From contig DF237688.1 of NCBI GenBank assembly GCA_000708835.1, positions 1-38,712 on the forward strand: a stretch of 38,712 bases of DNA, read 5' to 3'. The notes under the pieces are model-generated. The model made no database searches and was not told where the DNA came from. It saw only the letters and a program-made list of their open reading frames with translations. How positions within the stretch are numbered: position 1 is the stretch's first letter; every line of letters starts with the position of its first letter. Below are positions 13,201 to 23,307 of the stretch, one piece after another. The position numbers and the translations under genes are program-made. The DNA comes from Klebsormidium nitens (taxonomy: Eukaryota; Plantae; Klebsormidiophyceae).

Positions 13201-14155
13201 CATCGCCGCGGAAGGTGCGCCGCGCAGCCACGTATTTGGCGGCGACCTTTTGGCCCGCTGTTTGGGCCCTTGTTGAGGCGCACCTGAGCTCGTTGATTCT
13301 AGATCGATCAAGCTATAAAAACACTACTTTCTCAGTTGCAACTTTTGTCGGTGTGCACGCGTCCTCAATCAAGGATTGTCTGGGGGATCATGTTGCTTGA
13401 ACTGCCCCATCGGCATCTGCACTGTGCTTCGAGAACGCAGGTGCTCTTGACTTGAGTGTGTGGTCCACACGGAAGCAGAATTTTGGGGTCCATAAGCGAC
13501 TTCCTCACGTTCTTACGGTGCCGCTTCCCCTCTTGTTTTTAGTGCACTCTTTCTTCAGAGCGTGTTGCTTGACTCGGGCGATCGTCCATTTCCATGGGCA
13601 CAATGGCCTTGCAACCGGAAAAGTACTGCCTTTGTGCTAAGAGAGTGGGGCAATCAGAAGAGCCTGCGCTGCTTCCCATCTCTAGTCAAATCTCCAATCG
13701 ACAACGAATCCGAGTATCTACTGCAGGACCCACACTCAGCAATCAGTCTTTTGACATCTCTCGCAGGAAGCTGCACTGGCGAGCACGGCATCGGCCTAGG
13801 AAAGATGAAGGTAAGAACAAACTCCGAACGAGGTTCCTCGTCCGGCGTGTCGTATTTCTGTGCATCCTCTGCCCACGCAGACTTTGAATTGAAAATTGTT
13901 CGGCTTATATCCGTTGTTCTGGGGAGTACTGTATGCTTGCGGTGAGAAACAGTGTGTCCGCGGAATTGTTGATCGGTTGGGAAACACGTGAATTACCTTG
14001 AATGGTTGCTCGAAAGCGGCTTTTTTGTTGTGCAGTTTTTGGAAGAGGAGCTTGGGCCAGAGGCGATCGCGACCATGGGCAAGATCAAGAAGGCCCTCGA
14101 CCCGGACAACATTCTGAACCCCGGGAAGATCATCCCGTCGCAGTTCTGCCATTAG
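4286..14155 (+). CDS. DLD: D-lactate dehydrogenase [cytochrome], mitochondrial (FAD-linked oxidase family), 13 exons, ~594 aa
   Basis: Exons 4286-4720, 5388-5491, 5913-6054, 6255-6430, 6868-6966, 10579-10675, 11102-11176, 11489-11597, 12126-12298, 12634-12713, 13084-13214, 13767-13810, 14036-14155; total 1785 nt in frame. Motifs [86 protein letters not shown]. Exon 1 encodes a presequence plus a hydrophobic segment. Confidence 0.96.
6967..10578 (-). other. Oversized DLD intron 5 (3612 bp) with antisense ORF/exon-like segments: unidentified nested gene or decayed insertion
   Basis: The other 11 DLD introns are 200-667 bp. Minus-strand ORFs lie at 9839-10180, 9527-9754, 8686-8988, 8495-8782, 8062-8679, with several pyrimidine-AG/GT signals. 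No domain recognised. Confidence 0.35.
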
Positions 14156-15287
14156 AATTTAGAAACGGCAGCCGTCTTGAGACTATGCCTGCATGGATGC
14201 TGTGTTTTGTACTGTCTTTATTATGTGCCGCGAGGTATGATTGACACAATCTTCCTCAGCAATATGTCGTGACATTATAGCTTCTTGTCCACTACCGTCC
14301 ACGCAATATACGTCACATAGGAGTAACTCATATTAGTATGCAGGCGTGTGTGCTTCAATGCAGCATGAACCTAAGAATATATAGCTTGCTTTAGACTTCA
14401 TGTCGCCGCGTGCACCCACGTATCATTAACGAATTCAGTACCGGGGCCGTCAGGCCATAAGGCACGTATTATGAAGTGGGTATCTAGCTCAAAAATAATT
14501 AAGGTAATCGAGTCCGTCAAAGTCGCACTTGTGTGCAACTTCCAATTCGACAGATGCGCGGCCCCATGAGCTATAGCCTGCATGCCATGCAGCAATCCAT
14601 GTTCCATGCATGTGCACAGCCCGGGCGGCTAGGTTCGCGTACTGGTCGAGCGCGGCCCTTATGCGGGCCAGCTTCAGAGCCCGGGCAATAATCGAATTAG
14701 TATATCTATCCTGCACCCAGGCATTCACCATCTTAACCAACTTGAGTATGTTCTGTATGTATAATTGTCGTAGCTCGGGCCTCGCCATGACTTGCAATGA
14801 TGGGGACGCTTCGGTCTGCATCCCAGACCGTCACTGCATGCCGGCTTAGAGGCCAAAATATGGGACCGAACCAATCGAGCTTAAAGAATTGACACTGATA
14901 GCGCCGACTCTATGATGGCATGGCAAGATAAGAAGTGCCAACGGCAAATCCCAGCATGGGTCTGCAAGAGATCGAAGGCGGCACAGAACTGTGGGAAGAA
15001 CTGCAAGTCATAGGTTGGCCAGTGGCGCCTAAAATACAGGGGTGCTATGGCGCCGCCAAGCATGTCAGGACACCAAGCACATGAGATTGACCACCACAGC
15101 CATCAAACCTTATTCTGTAGATAGTCAGTAGAAAAGTCAGAATCCTGATAGTCTGTCATCCCAGAATAAGCACGCAATCCATCCAGTGTCTCTCAGGATT
15201 CTTGCAAACGCATGCAGGCCCCGATGACCGATAAAATACACGAAAGGCGCAGTCCTTCCGGCCATGTTAGTGCGTCTTGTTGCAATA

Positions 15288-18200
15288 TTAGTGCGTCTTG
15301 TAGAAGAACTTCCAGATTTCTCGTACGTTGGAAACACCGTCGACGAACTCAGCGAGCAGGTGTCCGGCCATGAGACCTGCAGGCACGAAAGCATCATTTG
15401 CGAACGAGGCCCAGAACCGAAACGATTATTTTGCCCGGAGAGAAAACAAGAACTTTGGCAAGAGAAGGTTGAGTCGCAGAAGCAGATGGAAGCCGCAGCC
15501 GAAGTTGGCAATACCTTTGCTGTGAAGTAAGTCGGAAGCTTCAGGTTCACGGCGTCTGACGACTTTCGCATTAAGAAGTGAGTCCTCACCGTCCTCCTCG
15601 AGGACCGCTTTGAACTGCCGGGTGCCTCCCCCCACCCCGAAGTAATACTTCTTGGCCGCCAGGTATACCACGCCGTACGGAGAGCGAAGAGCCTGCATAA
15701 AGACCAAAAGCAAAGCTCTTCGAACTGATTCCGCGGGCTTATAAAGGAGCTCCTATTTGGAACGGGCAATCAGACAGACCTTTTTGAGCCTTTACCAGGT
15801 TGAAAGCGCAAGAATGACAAGAACTTTTCTCGTTCAGAGTATGCACCAGGCGCAAATCACAATATCCCCATGCATGTTGTTTCATGAGTGGACAAAGAAG
15901 CCGATCGTATGGGTGACTTTCCCGGCTCCTTTGTCGAACAACCCGGCTGCACATTGCAAAAGCTCCCTTCCCCACCTTCTTGATCAGGTGGTTCAGCTTC
16001 TGGTAGCACGCGGGCGAGTACACCGTCTCCGCCATCAGGATGACGTCATACCCGCCCTTGGGTTCCTCCACGTGGCTGGCCCGCCGGCTCATGCCCGCCT
16101 CGGAGAAGCTGCTGCGCTGCGAGGTCCACTGGGGCGTTGACTCCACGCTCGCAGCCCGCGCAAACGAGGCATGGGGGTGCGAGGGGTGCCCGGCCCCGCC
16201 GTCGACCGCACTGTCCCCGGTCTGGTGGACCGAGGCCTCCCGGTCGCTTCGCTTGGCAGTGCTTACCTGCAAACGGGAGTGGGCTCACAAACCGGGCACG
16301 GACACTGGCAACCGAGGACGACGCAGACGAGCAAGTTTGGAACGTGCACGCCCCAACTTCAGATGGGAACAACCAAAGGAGAGAAAACGAAGGGGCGGCA
16401 ATCTGCGGTGAGTGCCGCAATCAAAGAGTCTTCCAAAGGGCTATGGAGGACCCACGCCCCAGAGTACGACATGGATAGCCACTTGGATAGCACGGCCATG
16501 CTTGTTTTAGTAGGATCGGACGTCCTCGACGCAATTCTCACCTGGTCTTGCCCGGTGCTGTCCCCGCTGCTCCCCCCCGTGCTATCCGCGGTGCTCGCCA
16601 CTGCCCCGGGCAGGTCCGCCGCGCCGTGCGGCTCCTCCCCGACCGACTCCCGCCGGCTGTGGGTCTCGTGCGCCGACGCCGCGCTCGACGTGCTGTCGAC
16701 ACGTGGCTGCTCCCGCTCCTGCGCCAGGATGTTCTCCGCAGAGTTCTCCATTGCGGCAAGGTCTTCGAAGCTGCTGACTGGGTGGAAGGCTTCCCGGCCG
16801 TGCAGGGCCTCGGGCGCCGTCTCCTTGTCAACCATCGACAGCACCCCGGGCATGTCCCCCCAGTCGCCTGCGCACCGTACAAACGGGAGTCACAACATAG
16901 AAATTGCTTACATTCAGGCAGGTCGTCCTGGGCCCTTGGTCATTGATTACCGGTTAGGCAGTCTTAGCCGATTCAGGGAAGAAGGCGAGAAGTCCAGATA
17001 AGTAATGGTTGGCATTACGAATTCGTGCCGCTTGAAAGTTAAGAGAGCGAACCAGGATAACAGACGCCGAAGACGTTCACCGCTGCCCTTACAGAACTCT
17101 GTCCAAAAGATGGGCGTTACTTGTGCGTGAGTCCCCCACCTGCGAAGTACTTCACTTCGACTGCCGGGTTGGGTGTCCTGGATACGGTGGGCACATTCAC
17201 TTCGCTGACCCTCCGTGGCATGCTTCGGGCGTGCGCCAGGTTGGCCGCAACGTTGGGGATGGTCAGCGAGGTCAGCACCTCCGCATTGAAGTCCTGGAAG
17301 TGCACGCGGTGCGCTCCCTGCGAGCAATGGAGTAATACTTGGATTCGAATCCAAAGGTCGGCCTTTCAATCACAGTTCACAAATCGGCCCCTGAAGAAAG
17401 ATGCTACGGGATTGACATCTTCGGAGAGGGCTGCCTATTGTGCGGAGACTATGTGGGAAGAAGGAGTCCAACTAGCAACAGACTTCAAAAGCGGCCCCCC
17501 AACAGGATACAAGATAGAGTGTGTGTGGGTTTCGGTTTACCTTGATGCATGCAAGGATGCCTGGCAGCCCATGGCCGCAGCCCAGCTGCGAAAAATGTCG
17601 AAGCAGGTGAGTAGAATTACCACCAATATGTTTGTGCAACTGAGTGAATCTTCTACTTGCTTTCCAGGAACAGATCCCATAGTGAGTACATCCAAAGCTA
17701 GAGTGACACCAATCAAAGCACAGCTACAAGGCAACAGATTCGGTTTCAGTCGAGGGGGGCAGAAACACGGCCCCCCAGGCAGCTGGTGATAAGTGACAGT
17801 TCGGGAGGGCCGCTCACGAACCTCCAGTACATGCTTGCCCCTGAACGACAATCTGCCATCCTGAATCTCCCTCCGCAGGGTCTCGATGAGGTCGGTCGTG
17901 CACTCCCACAACTTGAAACCGCCTGGGAAGAACAAGAAAGATTCATCATGAGAGTTTCAGAGGGGTGCTTCCAAGCATGCCCAAGCATCAAGCCAATTTG
18001 CCCACACCTTCTTTGTATATCCACAAGTCTGCGGCAATGACAAGAACTTGGAAAAGCGTACCTTCGTACTTGCCCGGCACCAGGTCGGATTGGCTGGCCC
18101 CTACCGTTGCGGTCGCGCTGCTTGGGACTCGGCCCTGCAATTGAACACAGCGGGGCCCAACATCAACAGTGATTGAGAGGTGTTTCAGGCAAGCAGCATC

Positions 18201-18992
18201 TCCGGAGGCATTTCATCAGAGAGGCGTCCGGTGCTCGATTGGAAAGCGGTGAGATCTTTTGGCGCACCTTCAGGAGGATCAGACCACGGTCCAAGGGCAG
18301 CGGGTCCATCTGTGCCTCCTCAAGGCTCAGACCCTGCAATGGGTTTGTAAAACGTTGTCAACAATATCAGGGTTCGGCTCTGGCGATATTGCGCTGAGCT
18401 TTCGAGAATCAAGCAATGGACTGGCGATGACACCAGATAAGAATGGCCTATTTCTGAGGTCCAGCTTTTCCAGATGACACAGAGCCCTCCAAGCTAGTAA
18501 TCACAAAAATTTGAAGATTGGAGTGGGTACTCAATGTTTGACGGAAGCACGGGCAATGCGATTGGGTGAGAGTATCGCCCACCTCGCTCGCTAGGACCTC
18601 GCGGGCTTCCGGGTTCGGTACGTTGTCCTCATTGTCTGACGTGCTCGTCTGGCCCTCTCGCTCCTTGCCAAACTGCAGGAGATTCAAAGGTGAATCAACG
18701 TTGGAAACAGATTCAACAACCCGTTTGAACTTCAGCTGCTTCACTGGTCTTCTGACCAGCAACAGAGGGTCCGCGGCATGAAGTGAGAGGTTTGGGGAAG
18801 TCTGTGTCGTGCTTGATCAACATCTTGAAAAAGCGCAAGCATCAGAAGAATAGCACGACTCATGAAGCACGTCTGTTCTCTATTCAAAAGTGCCCACTCC
18901 AAATGTTGGACTCTCTTCACTTTCGATGTCTTACTGACAGAAACCATCAGGTTCACCTTTGGTAAAGTGAAGCTGAACTTGAATTGCGGCAT
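15288..18992 (-). CDS. HPM1: Histidine protein methyltransferase 1 homolog (HPM1/METTL18 family, SAM-dependent), 11 exons, ~465 aa
   Basis: Exons 18957-18992, 18583-18672, 18268-18333, 18062-18134, 17822-17922, 17541-17585, 17140-17317, 16542-16867, 15976-16266, 15590-15692, 15288-15376; total 1398 nt in frame. Family motifs MPQFKFSF, SDLVPGKYEGGFKLWEC, VLELGCGHGLPG, HFQDFNAEVL, GYDVILMAETVY, YLAAKKYYFGVGGGTRQF, SNVREIW. Confidence 0.93.
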
Positions 18993-19525
18993 GGTGGACT
19001 TCAGATCCTCCAAAGCACCTCAGCCACAAAATGACTTTACCAGCCACTGGGACTCGGACTTCAAGGGAGGACTTGCGCTTCAAGTTGATTCACACAAGCT
19101 CGGAGGTCTTGGAATAACCTACCGTAAAGTGACATTGAATGATTGCATAAAATGGTTATTTGAGCAAGATTCAAGCGGGGCTCTTCTGCCACCAAAGCGA
19201 AATGCCCAAAGAACTGAAGCCTGTGAAGGTGACGCCTTCTGATATTTTTGAGCCTGCTTTGCCAAAACGTCCCCCATGAAATGAGCTAACTAGCTATGGA
19301 AGAGCTAGCTGTATACTACCAGCTCCGCTTGTCACATGACCGAACGGACAGTCCGACCAAGTCCGACTTTCAAGTTTCCGACCTCGCAAGCTGTATTGTC
19401 ATCGGACGGTCGAAAAGCCGCTATAGCTACATCTTCAATACGATCTAATAGCGTCGTAAGGTCAAATCGAACGGTCCTGAGATTTTTGAGAGTGCCCAGT
19501 TCTTACAACTGGCCAGCACTAGGCT

Positions 19526-22500
19526 CATAGTCACCGCATGGTGTATGGTATCAACTCATTTTGCTAGGGCGGATGGTGCGAATGATATACCATTCAAACG
19601 ATGGATGAATGGAGTTGATATGGAGTTGATAGAATGAGGTTTTAGGCCTTTCTGGCTCCGAGTGTCATGATTCATCCATAGTGATAGACTCTGCTTTCTT
19701 ACAACTCCATCATTGTCACAATCAAGCCGTTGAACCAATCATACTTGTCTAATTGATGGTATGACATGGGGCGCAAGCGCAGTCTATGGATCGTTCATGA
19801 AGTACGTCAAGATAACCAAGTGACGAAACAACTTTTACATATAGATCATTGTCAATACATGATGGTGTATTACCAAATGCAACATGTTGTACGCCCTTAA
19901 GTGTAATCAATCAGTTGGAACTTCAATTGATCGAGGAACTACCACGATGATTGCATCATTGAAGAGGCAATACTAAGCGGCAACGAAGTCCTTGTTCTCT
20001 GCCCTAGCAATTAAATAACAATACTTTAGGGCTCAGTGTCCGAATCGGAGTTCCAATTCACAAATGCCTCCTCAAAGTCGACGGCCTGCACTTTTTTCCT
20101 GAGACGGAGATTGCTGAAAACGTACACGAGATCGTTGGACTTCCTGACGGACAGCCTGTTCCGCTTCTTGCTATGGATAAAGTCAAACAAGCTCCAGTTT
20201 CGCTCGCATGCGGATGCCGACGTCGGCTGCGAGGTCACCTTCATTGCAACCTTCCTAAGCTCAGGGACCTCCGAACCCCACGTACCCCACCAGTCATGAC
20301 TCGGGAGTGTCTTGCCGGTCTCGTCCAAGAGCTCGTTCGCAAACAAACCTGTACATGGCAAGCTGCTGGACAACTCGCGCTCGTTCAGCACGGTCAGGCA
20401 CTAGCTTCTCCAACATTCGAACGAACCCCTGAGCAACCTCCGGCTTGGCAAAGTGGTCCTCCTTTCGGAACTCTGGATCCAGCACATAGCCAGCGATGAG
20501 CAGATCTGAGAGGACGAACTTCCTTCGCTCCTCGAAGATGTCCAGAACCCGTCTCTTCTTGGTCGCGTTCACGTCCAGCCCCTCGATCTCTTCCCTGCAC
20601 CGCTCGAACGCCTTGTACATCTTGCCGCTTGTGGGCGCCGGGCAGTCAGCCAAGCGAAGAACCTTGACGATGGGGATGGAGAGTTGAGCAATCTCGCTCG
20701 CCTCTTTCCAGAAGGCTGCCGTGAACACCTACAAGTCGATCGACGAATACTTTAATGAGAGCAGCAGATTCATTCGTACGTCTACAAAGATCTGCTTGTT
20801 TCAAGGCAAATGCTGCAATCAGTGTCCAACTGGTCTTATCAGATGTTGCTAATCTAATTTCATTACTAATCACATGCAAGAGACAAAGGCACAATCCAGA
20901 GGCACAGGTCAATGATTCGTCAGATGCAAAACCCTGATTCGATTACAAGATCCAGCTGACCAAATCCAAGTCTACAATGATTAGGTGCACAATCACAGAC
21001 AATCAGACGTACACTTACAAGAACACTCAGATGCAGAAAACCTGATGCATTCAATGCATGTAACTAGTCCACGAACCAGATCGGTTCAGTACTCAGCAAC
21101 TGTGCAGATTCTCACCAGTTCTTGTATGTCCTCAGCCAGAGCTCTTGTTGCAGGTGCTTGTGCTGCGGCCCACGAGGTCCAGTCGGGATGCCCCACGGTT
21201 GCACGGAGGCTGTCCTTGACCTCCAGCAACCTCTCTAGCGTGATGAACGATGTGGCAAACCGGGTGTCTCCTGGCTTCAAAAGCTCCAGATCCGAGTGCT
21301 GGCGGAAGAGTGCGATTGTCTTGTGATGGTTGGTTATGAACTTGACCAGATCACGTGCGGCCTTCAAAGTGGGAGAGACCCACTCCTCTTTGCCGACGTC
21401 TTCCAGAGCAAGATCCATCCCATGAGCCACGCATCCCGAGCAGGTGATCCAGGGGAAGCGAGCAGTGATGAACCTGCCCGCAACCTTGCAGTTTGCCGCA
21501 TTGTCCATGACAACGTGAACCACGTTGTCGGGCCCGATCTGCACAGATGTTGGCTTCAAATCAGAACCACCACAGATCTACGTGCGGCACGCTGAACTTC
21601 ATGCACAACACAGAATGTACTTCCACAACACTCAAGCATTGACATTTTCTCAAGCATTGTCATTTAGACAAGATCACCTGCGCTATGCACTATGCAGAAA
21701 TTCCATCTCAGACCTTTACATGCACCAAGCCTTGCAAGCTGATATACAACACACATGCACAAGCCTTGCAAGCTAGTATACAAGAGCACACAAGCACGAG
21801 GAAACAAACCAATCTACTGCAAGGAAATGCTTTGCTTGCCATGACCTTATAAACACACCTTCTCGATGACAGGGATGAGTTGCTCCGCTATGTATTCCCC
21901 GAACTTGCGCTCCCCACTGGTGTCAATCGCTGTCGTGAACACCTCCAGCCCAGGAGTGATGACCAGCACGTTCAGCAACGGGTGGTTGGTCGTGTTTGTC
22001 CACCCGTCACTAACAATGGTGGCGCCAGTCTTCTCCAATGCCGGTTGCATCAACCTGTCAATGTCTGTCTGCAGCTCATCGAGCTCCTTCTCCAGGAGGT
22101 TCGAGCGCAGGGCTTTGCTTCCTGGAGGCTTGTAGGTGTTGCCAGCGGCAGCGATAGCGCTGACGGCTTCTTTGAAAAAGGGATTCCTGGCAACGTTGAA
22201 AGGGATGCCGTTTGCGTAGAAGAATCTGGCCACCGATCTGTCTACCTCTGATTTGTCAGCTCTTGCAAATGCTGACTGAATGCTGCTCTGCCGACCAGAT
22301 CCTGAAGCCTGGAGAGATGACTGGGCTGATGATGCTACCCGCTGTAGCTGCTCCCGGCGGCGCTTTCGCTGCTCCTCTTGCTCTTTCTCGTCTTCTGTCT
22401 TCTGCAAACGTTGCCTGACCTCTGGGGGCACCGCCTCTTTTGATTCAGTGCATTTGCCAGCGCCAAGCCCAGGTTTGATGCCCAGGATATGAGCTCTGAT

Positions 22501-22985
22501 CCTCGTCGCCCCCGCTGTCATCTCCTTGCCACAGTAGTTGCAGGAGACACGGGGCTCCCTTCGATTTCCCCTGTCCTCGAGGACTGCGACTAGGTCCCAC
22601 TCGTAAGCTCGCTCTGAGGGCGCCATTGTGGTTGGAGGATGCTGCCAGTCCCTGAAGGTCACCTACGCTGCAATGCAGTCTCAATCTGTCTTCTGACTTG
22701 TCCAGATCTGGACTCTATGAACGGGCGAAACTTCTAGATTAAGCAGTTGTTACTCAATAAAAAGGCCTATTATCTGGTATTCATAAGCGCTCACGACCAT
22801 CAAATAGGCATTAATGAAAACAGGCACATTTTCTTCTACCGACGGGTATTTTCAGCACTGACAAGGCATATTTTCCCCCGGTAATACCATTCTGGCACCA
22901 TTCACATATCAATTCATTTAACAAGGACGGATTGATATGTGCTGATACCAATACATATTCAGAAAAATACCATTCGGTGACCCTA
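19526..22985 (-). mobile_element. hAT-superfamily DNA transposon (BED finger + DUF659-type transposase), ~3.46 kb
   Basis: Contains a hAT transposase gene. Imperfect TIRs: CATAGTCACCGCATGGTGT (19526-19544) versus reverse complement of 22967-22985, TAGGGTCACCGAATGGTAT (14/19; inner 13/15). Clusters of ATGGT(A/G)/TACCATT subterminal motifs occur at both ends. No clear 8-bp TSD, so ends are approximate. Confidence 0.8.
20026..22626 (-). pseudogene. hAT transposase with one frameshift (3 coding exons)
   Basis: Exons 21859-22626, 21116-21538, 20026-20728. Has a BED finger (W...CNYC...RIRAH), IVSDGW (D), VVMDNAANC (D), CVAH (CxxH), TRF, and the C-terminal dimerisation domain WW...PELRKVAMKVTSQPTSASACERNWS (E). 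Exon 3 is 703 nt, not a multiple of 3; the frame shifts at ~20350 (QLAMY / GLFANE). Confidence 0.88.
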
Positions 22986-23307
22986 GACTCGAAGTTAGAG
23001 ACCGTTCGCGATCGCGCGCGTTTCACCCCAGTCGCCGGCGCTGCACTGGAGATTAGAATCAGGGTTTCACTGTTGTCAACAGCCTGCACCCTTCTCGTCC
23101 TTTTAGGAGAGGAAGAAGACTATATTCCATTGAATCCCAGGACGGCGCTTGGGCACCGTGGCAGTGGCAGCTCAGGCAGCTCAGTGAGCTCGTGCAAGCG
23201 TAAAGACCAAGAGTCCTTGCGTGGCTAGAAGGGGGCTGCGATGTAGGACTGGCCGATGCTGACGCAGCACTGCATTCATCAAGGCAGGATATCTCCTGCT
23301 TGATACC

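Noticed and set aside
14278-14300. TAGCTTCTTGT shared with 37560-37570
   Set aside because: An 11-bp match is expected many times by chance.
16171-17001. 276-aa plus-strand ORF and overlapping ORFs
   Set aside because: Antisense shadow of GC-rich HPM1 exons 8-9.
19518-22994. 8-bp target-site duplication for the hAT
   Set aside because: Left flank ACTAGGCT versus right flank GACTCGAA or ACTCGAAG gives at best 4/8 identity.
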